Source of the DNA: Flectonema sp. DT1601
Taxonomy: Eukaryota
Direction: 5' to 3'
NCBI GenBank assembly: GCA_964019425.1
Contig: OZ025793.1
Coordinates: forward strand, 1,178,001 to 1,242,000
Length of the DNA stretch: 64,000 nt
Of the stretch, positions 10,060-24,100 are shown one piece after another; the first letter of the stretch is position 1; each line of letters opens with the position of its first letter. The position numbers were made by a program, and so were the translations under genes. The notes under the pieces were generated by a model, which searched no databases, had not been told where the DNA came from, and saw only the letters and a program-made list of their open reading frames with translations.

Positions 10060-12971
10060 ATGTCGAAGAAGATCCCCGACCCGCCTAAAATATGGGCCAT
10101 TTATGATATGATGGAAGTTTACAACAGCAAACAGGCTTTAAAACTTATTGGAAAGCTTGAACCAAAGTATCCCGACTACTCAGTATTGAGGGCAATGAAA
10201 GCAGTTAATTTACAACGGACCGGAATGTTTGATAAAGCAAAAGAAATAGCACAAGAGTTGGCAAGTGAGAAGGCTGATCCGTTCGATGAAGAGGTTGCCA
10301 GAATGATGTTTATGTTATACAAAAAGATGAAGCTTTACGATGAGTTGTTGTTAACTATGACTAAGGCATACCAATATCCACCAAATTCAAAAAATGAATT
10401 TATTTTCTCATGTTACCTGTCGTCGTTGTTGTTGACTCGTAAGTATTCTGATGTTCAAAAACTCGGAGCTGTTGTTTATAAAAGAACGAAGAAACCAATA
10501 TTCAGTTTATGGTCTGCTGTCGCCAACGTTATTCAAGTACCCCCTGGAGACAAGAATAACATGTTGTTGTTGTTATCGGCTAAAATGGTTGAACGTACAT
10601 TCGAACAAACACCCGAGACTAGAACTCGTGAAAACCTTTGGTTCTTAATATCAATTTTACGTAAACAAGAGAAGTACGAGGATGCCTTAAAGCTCTTATC
10701 TGATGACGAACTTATAAACTTCGCGCTTCCCCTTCCGATTGAAAGACTTGACTGGACAGCTGATCTCTTCAAAGCAATGGGACGAACCTCTGAAGAACAC
10801 GACATTTATAAACAAATTATTCTAACTAACGAAGGTGAACGTGATAACTGGCTTTGGTGGGAAGGATATTTCTCAACCCTCACAGATACTGATCGTGATG
10901 GGCCCAAGGCAATGGAATTCATTGGTGAGGCACTGGCACTTGAAGCAAAGGTAGAATCAAATCGCCCACGTAGAGCAGTCAAATTAGCAAAAGTACATCT
11001 CCTCTGGTTACAAAAGAAGAATACCGAACTAACAGAAGCAACACTCGAATACTGCACGTGGCTTAAATTAAAACCACAATCTTTTCTTGATGTGATGAAA
11101 TTTGTTGATAGTTTTGATAAGAAATCGAATGCGTTTGAAGGATTGAAGGCGAGACCTGAAGGGTACGATGCTTCGTTGGGAGACGCAGACGATTTAAATA
11201 AAATTCTATTCTCATTTAAGATGAAATGGGTTGCTGGAGAATATGATCCAAAACAAATAACTGACGAACAGTTAAAATCTGAAATAGAAATTATGTTAAA
11301 AACATCCAAAGACACAGAACCAATCTCTAAGGCACTCGAATGGTCAGAACGATCTGTAGCGGATGAAGCAATCCTAGTGGGTTGTCTGATTATGCTTCAC
11401 AGGTATTCTTTAACAAATAATAAAGTTTGGTTAATCGATTGCTTATCTCTTATGAACTCTATTCCGAGACCAAAGAATAACACACATCTACTTCAATGGC
11501 AATTACTGTTACCGCCATTACTTGGATTTGCTTGGTTGAACAAAGCAGCTGAACTCGACTTAAAGCAAATTCAAAATGAAAGTCTTGGTTGGATGACGTA
11601 TGCAATTAGTCAGGCATTCGGAACTGATGATGAAATACAAAAAGTATCTGGAGGAATAAGGGACTTCCATGAACGCTATGAGGCTGATCAAGGTATTCAT
11701 ACAGCTTGGAACAGAGGATCAATCTCGAAAATATTCGAACTTGAGGGATTCCGACTCGCCCTCTTCAACTCCGCCATCCGCCGAGAAGCATACCTCTCAG
11801 CTGCTGCTGGAAAATACTTTTCTGACCTTGAGTCATCTTCTTTAGCCCGACTTGAATGGGGACCAAGCTTTTCTGTCAAAGAGCTGACATGTAACTATGA
11901 CACGAAGAGTATAATGGTTTCATTCCTTTGCAGCCCAGACTCTGCTCGGGCTGAGTCCTTAAAAAAGGTTCTGCTCTCGGGTACTCACGTTGACCTGAGC
12001 CTTGAAGATCGTTACCTGTGGGTGCAATCAAGATACAACATGTTAAGTTGTATTCGTTTGTTAGTAGAAGCGCGAACATCTGCGATAGAGAAAGCTGCCA
12101 GCGGGAAATCATCTGCCATCACAACAGCTGCTAAGAAGAAGGCGAAGTCGAAACCATCTGTACACGTCGATCCATCAGCAGCTCTGCTGTTTACCATCTC
12201 AGATGAGGTTAAAGGTGTGTAAAGTTAACTTTAACCTCCAATGGAATAGAATTCAAAATAAAATACAAAAATAAAAACAGCTTCAGCGAACCTCGCCTGT
12301 GAGAACCTGACAAAGCTCCTGCCTACTTCGATACCTGAGTGCAATAGTGAATCAGTGTATGTTGTTTATTGAACTGAACCAACCATCTCACGTTCCCCAC
12401 GACACTCATTTATTTTCCGTATAGGTTAGGTGCTAAAAACAAATCTCTTATTTACAACTAAATCAACAACAGGACTACGAAGTGCCTCGCATTACTCACT
12501 GCAATCTTCAAGTGGGTAGGAGAATCCAATGAAACTACAGCAGGTAACGTGTTATCAACTATGAAAGACTTGTGTAATGAGATTAACACACCTGTTCAAA
12601 AGATGAAGGAAACGTTTGCGGACACATCAGATATTTCATTCGTATTAAGAACAGTCATACCAATGTACTTAGAATGCGTTAGATTGTGTGATACAAACAA
12701 GACATTAAATGAGAGTCAATCAGTTCTTCGTCAAACTCTTAACAGTATATCTGAAGTAGCGGATGATATGCAGGATCGACTTCGTAAAGCAAAGTCAGCT
12801 TCTGTCGATACCTTCCTCTCTGAACTCGCTGGAACAAAACCTGACTCGTGGCTTTCAACGGAAGCATCTCGTGAAACTTTCGCACAGTCTGCAATTAAAA
12901 GTTTTATTGAAGTCTCGACAAGGATTTCTGATTGCGCAACTAAACTAAACTCTCGAATTGGAAAGTTGTAG
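10060..12971 (+). CDS. NAA25: NatB N-acetyltransferase auxiliary subunit (NAA25/MDM20), ~909 aa; exons 10060-12214, 12281-12356, 12473-12971
   Basis: TPR N-terminus IYDMMEVYNSKQALKLIGKL..KYP...LRAMKA..LQRTG, plus DNW..W..Y and LDLKQIQNESLG. Introns 12215-12280 and 12357-12472 restore a single frame. Confidence 0.88.
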
Positions 12972-13311
12972 CCTGTCAACAATTAGAATAGTTGTATAAA
13001 GACACCTCTCATTGTAGTCCTGTTCTTCTATTAATGACTATTTGATCACATTAATTAGTGTTCTATTTTATTATTCCGTTTAAACCGATATTTTCTATTC
13101 GACCGAAACTAAAAAAAAAAAAATTTAAAAAAAAACAAACAAACGAGAAAATAAAAAAGAAACGTATAAAGAAAACGAATGATATTAATAAAAAAAGGTC
13201 TCAGAAAACCCATCATTTTTTTTTTTTTTTTTTGGTATAGTGCGGTTGGAGTATTGTTAATTTGAATCACTCAATTTGACAGAATAAAATGCCTCGATCA
13301 ATAAGATAGAA

Positions 13312-14823
13312 ATGACACTTCAGGAAAATGATATTTTCCGAAAGGGTTATTGGGAATCTGTCAACCACCCTAAAGTGATACTTGGACCTATGGTTGAACA
13401 GAGTGAAAGAGCCTTTCGAGAAACATGTTCAGCAGCTGGTCTCATTGACCTGTCATACACACCAATGATTCACAGCGAACAATATTCTAAAAGTGAGAGA
13501 TACCGTCATCTACAAGAACCTTTAGGTAACGAAAGCAAGCCAGTTGTAGCACAGATCTGCTTTAATGAAAACACACCTGAAGATGATATTCATAATACTG
13601 TTGTTATGTTACATTCTAAAGGTGTTGCAGCTGTTGACATCAACCTCGGATGTCCTCAAATCAATGCCAAGAAACACAAGTACGGAGGATACCTGCCTAC
13701 TGATGTTGCTGTTCAAAAAATTAAAAAACTGAAGTCTTCATTATCAAATGTTCACATCACTGCAAAGATTAGAATTGATAATGACTTATTAATCACATCA
13801 CAACGGATTGTGGAGTTATTCAAAACTGGAATCAGTGCCTTGGCAATCCATTCAAGAGAACGATACCAAATTCAATCAAAAACTGGAACAGCAGACTGGT
13901 CTAAACTAGCTGAAATAATACGTAAAGCAAGGGAAGATGGAGTGCCTTCATGGTTTCCTATAATTTCTAATGGTGGCATTCAACATGCTTCTCATATATT
14001 AAAATGTTTACAATGTACTGGAGCTGATGCAGTGATGGTTGCTGAAGGAATTCTTTGGGATCCTAATTTGGGATATTGTTCTTCTCAGAGGATATTCTCT
14101 CCGATTTGTCAGAGTTCACACTCTACATCGACACCACATTCTGAATGTAATTGTGAACTAGATTCTTGTACTCTGGCCGTACAGAAATCTTTACAAAACG
14201 GTCGTCAGTATTTATCACAATCTCTGAAGTACCTCCCTACAATGTATCAATTATCTACACACATGGATAAATTACTATTCAGATGTAGAGCTCTATGGCC
14301 TGTATTGTCTTATCAAGTACGTACATCAATGCCACCAGTGATCGATCCCTTAATAAGGGGCGCCGTACCTGGCAGTGAGCTCCAACTCGGCCGCATGATA
14401 GAAATGTGGGAAAGCCTTATGAAGATGTATGAGATTTGTCTGAGTGAATGTGGGAAAAATCCCGACCCCAGAATCGAACTGGAATCGTTTTTCAGTCATA
14501 AGATTATATCACCTGATCGGTACTCGGTATTATTGAGTTGTAATTTCAGAGACGTACGTGAGGAGGATCTAGTGAAGGCACCGCTTTCGGTGATCCCACC
14601 GAGTGACAGCTTTGTATCCATCGCATTATTGGGGAAGTTGGTTAAGCTCAATTCGATCGACAAACTGCAAGCGCAATCACCTCAGCATGGTAACCCCTGT
14701 GATAGTAGATCTTATCGTTCCTCAGTACCAGAGATGTGTGTAGAATACGCGAAATCTATACTTCGATATCTTAGCTGTGACACTACTGAAGATGAGTGTG
14801 ATGACTTTGTAGACCTGTTTTAG
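13312..14823 (+). CDS. DUS1: tRNA-dihydrouridine synthase, Dus1-like
   Basis: Motifs LGPMVEQSERAFR, YTPMIHS, DINLGCPQ..AKKHKYGGYL, TAKIR, IHSR, GTADW, ISNGGI and TGADAVMVAEG. The family is secure; the subfamily is less so. Confidence 0.85.
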   Translation: MTLQENDIFRKGYWESVNHPKVILGPMVEQSERAFRETCSAAGLIDLSYTPMIHSEQYSKSERYRHLQEPLGNESKPVVAQICFNENTPEDDIHNTVVMLHSKGVAAVDINLGCPQINAKKHKYGGYLPTDVAVQKIKKLKSSLSNVHITAKIRIDNDLLITSQRIVELFKTGISALAIHSRERYQIQSKTGTADWSKLAEIIRKAREDGVPSWFPIISNGGIQHASHILKCLQCTGADAVMVAEGILWDPNLGYCSSQRIFSPICQSSHSTSTPHSECNCELDSCTLAVQKSLQNGRQYLSQSLKYLPTMYQLSTHMDKLLFRCRALWPVLSYQVRTSMPPVIDPLIRGAVPGSELQLGRMIEMWESLMKMYEICLSECGKNPDPRIELESFFSHKIISPDRYSVLLSCNFRDVREEDLVKAPLSVIPPSDSFVSIALLGKLVKLNSIDKLQAQSPQHGNPCDSRSYRSSVPEMCVEYAKSILRYLSCDTTEDECDDFVDLF

Positions 14824-14975
14824 CCTTTAGCACTCTCGTTCTTTTATTATTTAAATCTTCCATCACTCTTCACTAGCTATTCTTCTTGTGCAATATATGC
14901 GCTGTACTTTTGTGATTTTATTGATCAGTAATTTCTTAATATACTTCTACCTCCTAATCAGTTTGAGTGGATAAA

Positions 14976-17486
14976 ATGCCGTTTGTGAAAACTGTTCAAC
15001 TTCCTGATAGGGTACGAGATAGCAGAGTGTTCAGAGGATTACAGCACATCTATGCTTTTAGATACGTATTTAGAGTCTCTAGAGACAGCACATTGTCTGG
15101 ACAAGAAAGGATTATATTGGTATCCGCGACCAGTATAATATTGTCAGATGCTAACGGAGCAATGAAAAGGATTGTTCGATTGGAAGATTTAGACAGAGTA
15201 TTTATACATAGTGAACAGGGTGCAACTAAATTAATATTCAGTCTAAAAGATCATACGGATCCTTATCCATTAATATTTGAATGCCGTTACAGTATCAAGA
15301 ATGAACGAGTTGGTGGATCAGACTGGTCTACTCTACTCGATACCATTAATGAAATGAGGAAAGGATTGACTGCGCAGATTCTACCGGCAGAGCAATTTGA
15401 TCCGAATGAAGATATCGAAGAGTTCCTCAGATCTGTTACTCTACAACTCCAAGCTTATCACTCAGAAGATGAAGCAGCTGTACCTGGTCAGGAGAGATCT
15501 TATAGAGAACTTACAAAACTTACATATGAAGGAATCAGAGCTGGAGGTCCACTAGCAGGAATTGCACCAACTGGAAAAATGGGTGACGTCCCACGAAGAG
15601 CAGAACTTAAACCAAACGAAGAACTTACTCACACTGGTGAATGGCGTGACATTGAAAGTGGTGCTTGGTGCTCTGGAATGGGAACCCCTGATGGAATACT
15701 CTGCCAACATGGTAATCGAACCATATTCGAACCTCACTGGAGCTGCTGTGGCAACACTGTTGAAGATGACCTCGGCTGTATTGTTCGAAACATAGGTGAC
15801 CATGAAGCACTGATACCAACTGACAACAGAGGTAATTATATTTATGACGGGAGAGGGTCTGAAAATCCTAAAACACAACGACCTGGAATAGATTACCTCC
15901 ACAATGCAATTAGTCAGTTAAAAGATTTACCTGAAGACGCCTTCAGCGCCATCAAACTAAATGAAGGTGATCTACCACGTAGAAATAAGGGAGAGACTCA
16001 TATACATCTACACATTAATAAAGATGATCCGATTATGAGAAAGAAAAAAAGAGATAGTGGTCGTTATAACGAATTCTTTTCGAATAATAACGATTATAAT
16101 AAATACCCAGATGATGGTGAGTTTACGAAGGGATCTGTATTTCAAACAAAAGTACCGCAGGCAAAAGGATATCCGACTTTCTTCTCTCAGGAGCCAGCTT
16201 TTGAAAAACCCAGCAGATACCGTAAAGAAATAATGTATGAGGACTCGAGTAGAGTTTCTTCAAGTCCACCAGTTTCACGGAGCTCAAGAGGTAGTTCGTC
16301 GAGGGCGAAAAAGATTTTATCCGGATCGAGAGAGACTCGGAATCATCGTTCTCACCCTTGGGGTGACTTAGTTCCAGGTCATCCTGTAGCTCCACAGGAT
16401 TTAACTGCAAAGTTGGACACTAAGGAAAAGTATTCTAGATTACTTCCTGTTACTCAAATTAATCCTTTTCAGCAATCTAATCAACCTATTCGCAACCACC
16501 AACAAGATAATGATTCTTATCACAGTGATGATATTGACAAATCTCGTCGGAGAAATCAACCATTCCACTTCCCCGGCTCTGGTGGTATCCCTCTTGACAC
16601 CGCTGAGCTACTTGTAGACGAAGTTCAAAACGGAAAAGAAACAAACACTGGAGCAGAACTTTACTCTTCTGCTGTTAACAATAAAACACTTTACGCAGCT
16701 CAAGACAACAGGACTCAGTACCGACGTGGGGTAGAAGCTGGTTGGGGTACTCAATCTAATGACCCGGACATGGTAGATGAAAAATTGCGAAGAAGACTTG
16801 AAATGGAATCGAACAAACAAACAACAATCGAAGGACATCGCAAACAACTACGAAAACAGAGTAGAGCAACAATAAAATCCGTATTAGATGGGGTAGGACC
16901 AGAAAGACAAATTGGAGACAATGGCTCAATGTGTAATGTAGTACTTAGAGATGGTATGGGAACCGCGAAAAGGAGATTTTCAGTAATGGACTGGGAAGGT
17001 TTAGGACCTTGCTGTGTTCTCTCTACAGTAGACAGAACTGGAGCAAAACCAGGAGATCGTGGATGGTCTGAATACATTCAGTGTTCTCACTTACGTAAAG
17101 CTGGTTTCTCAAACCCAAATAAAGATTCACTTCTTCTCTCAACAGGTCATCAGTATTGGGAACTACAACTGACTGGAACATCTGCTGAACGATGGCTTCA
17201 TGTTATTTATGATGTCTGTCACTGGCTTCGTCCTGGTGCTGACGGTTCTTATGATGCCCCTGGTTTCGGAACTCTTCCTCCAGGATCTGCGACACCAACT
17301 TCAAAAGTAATTCCTCGACAACCTGTATCTCCCATTAGTAATCGTCGTCGTGAACCTGATGATGGGAGTCAGTTTGTTTTGTTACAAACATCACCAGGTG
17401 TTCACACAAATATTAAACCTGATAGTATGACAGGTCCTTTAGAACTTGATAAATATAGAAATAGAAGTGGAACTACTTCTATGTGA
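14976..17486 (+). CDS. Uncharacterised protein: N-terminal PH-like domain, Btk-like Cys/His motif, disordered middle, C-terminal PH-like domain
   Basis: Long ORF (836 aa from the ATG at 14976). QERIILVSATSIILSDANGAMKRIVRLEDL is PH-like. HTGEW...HWSCCGNTVEDDLGC is the Cys/His motif. C-terminal LLLSTGHQYWELQL...ERWLHVI resembles a PH terminal helix. Confidence 0.75.
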   Translation: MPFVKTVQLPDRVRDSRVFRGLQHIYAFRYVFRVSRDSTLSGQERIILVSATSIILSDANGAMKRIVRLEDLDRVFIHSEQGATKLIFSLKDHTDPYPLIFECRYSIKNERVGGSDWSTLLDTINEMRKGLTAQILPAEQFDPNEDIEEFLRSVTLQLQAYHSEDEAAVPGQERSYRELTKLTYEGIRAGGPLAGIAPTGKMGDVPRRAELKPNEELTHTGEWRDIESGAWCSGMGTPDGILCQHGNRTIFEPHWSCCGNTVEDDLGCIVRNIGDHEALIPTDNRGNYIYDGRGSENPKTQRPGIDYLHNAISQLKDLPEDAFSAIKLNEGDLPRRNKGETHIHLHINKDDPIMRKKKRDSGRYNEFFSNNNDYNKYPDDGEFTKGSVFQTKVPQAKGYPTFFSQEPAFEKPSRYRKEIMYEDSSRVSSSPPVSRSSRGSSSRAKKILSGSRETRNHRSHPWGDLVPGHPVAPQDLTAKLDTKEKYSRLLPVTQINPFQQSNQPIRNHQQDNDSYHSDDIDKSRRRNQPFHFPGSGGIPLDTAELLVDEVQNGKETNTGAELYSSAVNNKTLYAAQDNRTQYRRGVEAGWGTQSNDPDMVDEKLRRRLEMESNKQTTIEGHRKQLRKQSRATIKSVLDGVGPERQIGDNGSMCNVVLRDGMGTAKRRFSVMDWEGLGPCCVLSTVDRTGAKPGDRGWSEYIQCSHLRKAGFSNPNKDSLLLSTGHQYWELQLTGTSAERWLHVIYDVCHWLRPGADGSYDAPGFGTLPPGSATPTSKVIPRQPVSPISNRRREPDDGSQFVLLQTSPGVHTNIKPDSMTGPLELDKYRNRSGTTSM

Positions 17487-18140
17487 GATTAGCACCCCCT
17501 TGCTCTGAAATACCACCATGACATTCGTCGTGTGGGTTTTCTTACATTCTTATTGAAATCGTTTTCTCTTTGTTCCGAAAATGGGAATTTCTACACTCAA
17601 AGGGTAGTATTTCTATTCAAAAATCTGTTATCAGTTCTCTTGTTTGTTTTGTTATTTGTTGCCAACCCTCATTAGCTTTGAGTGACGGAACTGGTTGTCT
17701 TGTCTGCGACAAAAGCAAACAAACGAAAATCAGTTATATTTCTAAGTTTTGAATTTCAAACAAAAAAGAAGCAACAGAAAGCCTAGATGAGGGAAAAAAA
17801 GTCTGCTTTGTTTTTTCTTTACGAAGATGGATAAAATACTTTTCTAAAACTTTCTGTTCTTGTCAGTTCTTTTTATTTTTTTTTTTTTTCAAAAAAAAAA
17901 AAAAAAGGGAGAAGACGAAATTGTATTTTCCTGTAGCTCCCTTTAGATGTATATTTCTGTTTTTTTTTTTTTCATATTATTTATTGTTTTATTGAAACAT
18001 TATTATATTTTTGGTTTCCTATTGTCACACAATTCTCTAAAACAAATTATTGAACATATTTTGCAAACAGAAAATAAGATGGTAGGTGTAAGTTGTCGTG
18101 TCCTAATTCAAGATTACTTTCACTCATCAGGATAACATGA

Positions 18141-21100
18141 ATGATTAGGAGGTGGTCTCCTGTACAAGACGTCGAGATCGACGAAATACCAACGGTACCT
18201 GACACGGAAATGAATAATACAAAAAACTCGGAAAAATGTGATAAAAATGATAACACGCAACCAGATGAGGAAGAAGAAGAATTAATTGAGCACACCGAAG
18301 ATCCGATATTTGAAAAAGTCGACAGAAAGGGATGGAGAAGACTACCACGATGCTGTCTATTTCATATTTTATCCGACTTAAGAAAAAGTTTTTTAGGAGA
18401 CATGTTATATGGAATGCACAGAGATGTTCTACTCGGATTGTTAATATTCGGATTTGTCGTAGCATTCCTCCTCCTATGGATCGTCGTGGTTGATATATTT
18501 GGAGCCAATGGTTCTCTTGAGTACTCAATATCATTCGGAACAGATCCTCCATCATTAGCTATTCAAGGATACCCAATGAAACAGTTTACAGTAAATGTCC
18601 TGGATAAGAATCTTGGAAAGGTTCCAGGAGCAGAGGTATCGATATTTATGTATCCAGCGACGTCATTTGATTTAAATATTTCTGTGGGTGTTTCTTTAGA
18701 ACCAGTCTACATCAGAACAGTTGACTGTACTAGTTTCCTCTATGACGATCCAACCATATACTCAATTGAGGATAATATATTATGCATTCCACAACTTCGT
18801 GAGAATGTTGTCGTCACCGATTCAAATGGTGTTGCGATATTCGATTCTTTTTCAGTTATGTCTGGTGTTGCGGTACCTCACACGATGATTATATCAACTA
18901 AGATGCCCGCACATCTAATGGATCCGACTGATAATTTAGTTCCTGGAAACCATTTAGAACATCAGCTAACAATCCAATCTCCAATTCGTTCTGCTTCAGT
19001 CTTATCAACAAACAGTACGTCTGTAGAAGCAGAAATAACTTTTCGACGCTATAACTATTCTGTCGCACTGAACCTAACTCATAATATTGTAAGCGGTGCA
19101 TTGTGTGGTAGGCATTCTGATCTTCCTGAATTCGGTCCATTTTCAGATTTGAGCAGTCAGAGAACTGCAGAATACTATCCAGGGGGACTCGAACTTATCC
19201 ACGGATCACTTGATGTTACGGCAGTTCACATAACTGGGATATCACTTTTATGGTCGACTAGCAATGAAGTGTTTCCGATATTGCTTTATGGAGGTAGGTT
19301 TTTATTGATTGGAGAAGTGGTTTCAAACTTTGGATCATCTCCTTCACTAAACAAACCATTCTTAACATCATCAAATCCTAAAGTACAATACAATGTCTCT
19401 GGTCCTTTACTTTATGATATTGAGATACAGGAAGGAACTGCCATACCTGAGTTCACTGTACAAATTAGTCCTCCCGCTGTAGGAACTCGAATTGCTGTTT
19501 TAGTTAAATATTTTAATGGCAATCTGTTACCGTCATATTGGTTACCTGCTGGGGGTTCAGATAGAGACATCGCTGAAGATACTGGTTTTAAAAATGTCAT
19601 AAACCCTGTGTCATCTTTGGCAGACTCCTCTAGCAGTGTTGTTTTCAACATTCTTTTTTCTGAATCTGGTGCAGTTGGAGTCTACGGAATAGTATTTTCT
19701 CTTTTTGGAGTCCAGTCAGAAGTTTATAATATCACAGTGACGTCTGCTGTCGCTGGAGTGACTCCCAAGTTTGCTTCATCGTATCCGGGGTCTACGGATA
19801 TATTTGTGGGTGAGAAGTGGGTCAATAATCCATCTTTCTTTGTTTATGACTCTTCATTTAATCCTCTTAAGGGTAAACGAGTGACTATATCGATAGTGGA
19901 AGCTCCTGATGCTGCAGTCACATATTCAGGTCATGAATCTGATCCCAGAGGACTAATCACCTTAACTGACTTACGTATTACGTATGCTGTCGCAGAAGCA
20001 AATTACTCTCTCTTGTTTATGGTTGATGATGTTGAGGCTTTCTTCTTGGAAGTCTTCGTTCAATTTCCAAGGCAGTTTACCTCTCCATTACTCTGTGCTC
20101 ATGTACGTGTATTACAAGTCTCAATACCTAACAACTCAGCAGCAGTTCAATTTGGTCCCTCTGGAGGGTCGGTGGCTGTCTACGCAACTCCTGTTAATTT
20201 CTTTGGCAAGAGACTACCAAATATAAATGTTTGGGGACATGTTGGAAGTGGTAGCGGAGCGTACCCACCAGTGGTACTGAACAATCAAGTTGGAAATCGA
20301 GAAAGTGAAAAAGTTGCTTCAAACTTAACTGGTATCGCGGTGTTAAAAATATCATTCAACTCTGGTGAAGATAGTCTCGTTGATATTCATGTAAGTTGTC
20401 TTGGGATTGCTTCAGTCATTACTGGTGAGAGGGATTTATTCTTCGCTACTAGAATTCCTGTAGTAAACCCTCCTCTTGATCCAACACCTGTTTCTGTAGC
20501 CGTCTCTAGTTCAGAACCAGGTGTTTATAATTACGTTCCTGTTGGTCCTTCGGATTTGACTTTCAAAATACTTCAATCTCCGAGACGTCTTCAGTACGTA
20601 CTAAGCAAGTCATATCTCCTCAATAATGAAACAAGTTCAATGCGGCTAAGTAGTAGTGATGGACCTGGAACATACATCGCTGCTCTCTACAGAAATAATA
20701 TTTGGACTGGGTTTGTAAAATCTATCGTCATACCTGGTATTGTATGGGCTCTGTATATGAAACAGGTATGTGTTCATTTGACGTGTTACTGTTTAACTAA
20801 AAGGAAGAGGGGGGCAAAAAAAAAACAAAAAAACAGGAAAGCCGTACAATCAGTGAAATAAGCTCACTACTAAACATTCGAGTGGCAAGTGTTGCTGAAA
20901 TAGGAGTTCCGTTTTTACTGCAACCGAAGATCAGCGTGTTGGATTCAGCAGGTAATGGTGTCTCTGGTGTTATTCTAACTGCTGGTGTATTGAACCCAAA
21001 CTTAGGAATTCAATCTCTGTATCTGTACCCTCCTCATACGAGTATCACTGAAGGATGTTTAGGAACGTTGTCAGCTGTTGTTGGAAGTCCGTTGTCTGTT

Positions 21101-24100
21101 GCGTCTGATATATCGGGAGAAGCATCTTTTTATAATCTTGGTTTTGTAGGAGGCCCTCGAAACACAACAATAAAGATTTACTACATTTACCTAACAGCTG
21201 GTGAAGGTAGTGACGCTTTTGGATCACCCCTCCCATCTATATTTACATCAGAGAGAGTCACACGTATGTTGTCAGACGGAACAACACCACAAATTACTAC
21301 ACAGCCTGGACCTGTTGCAGGTCCGGGTACTGCTTTGAAATTTCCTGTTACTGTGAGAATGGTGAATTCAGTAAATCAATTCATACCAGCGTCAACAACA
21401 TCACCAACGGTATTAATTGTACAAGTTCATCCTTTCAATGTCAGTAATGAAATATCTGGAAGTCTGGTAACCCAACAGACTGGTCTAAGGACTTCATACG
21501 CTGCTCTGGTGATGGCTGGATTGGTGTTTTCAAAATCATCTGATTTTGGAAATTATAAACTTCGGATTCTTGCACCTGGTGGGTCTACAGAAACAACTGG
21601 TATCTCACTGACGGGTGATCCGCAATTATTACAAATATTATCTGGTGGTAGTCCTGGAATGCTTGTTGTTGGATCTCCTAAAACTGTTGTTGTCGTGGCT
21701 AAATTAGCAGACGGGTCAACACTACCTGGAGTACTGGTCACGGCAGAATTAATAAGAAAATCAACTGAATCGTGTTATGGTGATGGTTGTGGAATTCTCT
21801 CTCAGACATCAGCTCATGCGATTACCGAGGTATCTGGTCAGGCGATATTTCATATTATTATAAACACGGCAATGACTGGAGAGTATTCAATAAAATTTAC
21901 TTCAAAAAGAGGCGTTAATGCGATCTTCGGAATAGCTACGTCTCTTGGAAAGGCTTCTCAACTCTATGGTGGTGCTCGTATTCCTTCAGGTAATATCGCC
22001 TCAACCCCAACATCACTTCAAGGATACTTACAAAATAGAGTTTCAAGCACAACTGGAGGATCAAGCATTGCTTCTGCTATTCTCTCAAAAGCATTCTCAT
22101 CAGCGATGGTTGCCGCTACTACAATAAGCATTCAAACAAAGAGGTTTACAGTTTTTAACGAAGTGTCAGTCGTTAAGATTATAACACAACCCATTCTGGA
22201 TCCAATCAGTGATAGTGTTGTCGATCCGATAAAGGTCTTAGAAGGTCGATATGGTATGTCCTTATACATTTATATCAGAGAGAGAATTAAGAGCTAAAAA
22301 CACAACACATACAACAGGATTATTTGATATCCAACCTGTAGTACAAGTTTTCGATAGCATGGGTACTCCATTAGAAGATAGAGATATATCTGTTTCTGTT
22401 GTACCTGCTGGAAGTACAGTATTCGCTCATTGGAATAAAACAGTTAGGACTGATGCGAACGGATCTTATGAATTCGTTTCTCTTTTATTTAACAACACTC
22501 TGCCAGGGATATATAAAATTGTTTTCTCTTGTGAAGGCCAACCGTCGAATGAAAGTATTTCAGTGTTGTTGTTGCCTCAGCAAAATATATTAAACTTTGG
22601 ATCTATTTATTGGAGGGCGCTGCTGATTGTTATGCTTTTACTTCCGTGGTTGTTGTCTAACGTACCTGATAGTAGTAAGTACTGGACATATTTAGGATTG
22701 TTGCTTTCTATTGGTTTTCCTTATGTCGCGTATCAACTTCTACCTGGAGCATTTTTATCTACTCAGTTGTTTATAAGGCTAACAGGATATTTGTGTGCTG
22801 TTTTGTGGGCTGGAATCACACTTCTTTTAATGAAATTGTTAGTTGCTCAGATTGCTGGCTGGGATGCGGATGCTATTTCTCAACTTGGACTTCAATATAG
22901 ATATGTCCGATGGCTTTCAAAACACATTCCGTTCGTTGGAGATGAAGAAATTCTTATTAAAGATCGAGAGTCGTACATCTGGACCTTGCTTACTAAGGGA
23001 CAAAAATTTAAAAAAATATACTTTGATGCTATCGTCAGACATATTTACAGTATTTCTGACACGATGCCACTTACTGGTAGACCAGGTGAACCAATTTGGT
23101 ATGTTGTCAGTTTCTACATCTCCTCTCTGAGTTGAATATCACTTAAACTAAACCCAACAAAACAGGTTTGTTCACGGTCCCATCACACTACATAGAAACC
23201 CGTGTTGCTATTACACTCCAGTTGATACTTTTAAATGGAAATATGGAGTTCTTCCTCATGTAAGTTTCACAAAACAAAATACAAAAATTGGAATATCTTT
23301 GAGAGGTTGTTGTATGAAAGACTTCGAAGGAGAAGTTTTAAAAAAAGAACTTCGAACCCAAACTGGACTACAAATAAAAGAAATGTACATATCAAAAGAT
23401 GCCACATCAGTAGCAGCTGTAGTGGTTCACATTACTGTTGAAGGAAGTGTTTCCGATGATGCAAAAGCAGATCCAATATTGTCAGCCATCAATACAAATC
23501 TTATTGGAAAATCAATCACTCTTCAGAAGGGATCATGCATAGCTGAGAAAATCATTTATATTGATAAAGGACAGGTAAGAAGAGATAACGACTCAGAGTG
23601 GACAATCCAAGATACTTTTACGATAAATGCTTATTATTCAAAGTGTCCAGTTATTGTTGAAAAAGAATCATGGCACATGTCTTGCTATGATTCGTTATCC
23701 ATAAACGATCTCGTTGATGACGTCTCTGAAGCAGAAACCAACCTGGCTGATGAAAATGAAAAACAAGAAAGTCGTAAAGGAGTAATCTGGATTAGACATT
23801 CACCTCCACAGTCTGTTGTTCGTAGTAATGGTGACTCGTTTCCTGAATTTTGGACTCCGAGTTATGATGCGAATCATAATTTAATTCTTAGAGAACACGT
23901 TCAAAGCTCAATTGGAACTCATCAAGTCCCCCTCGACAGTTTAACACCTGAACACGGCGGTCGTCCAAAGGACATTCCAGAACCATTAAGTCCTCCGTTT
24001 AGGTTCTTAGTATCGTCTTGTATATGTTTGATTGTGATAGCGGTTTTGATATTCTCATCATATTGGTTGTATACTGTAATGGTAACGTGGTTAACTAATA

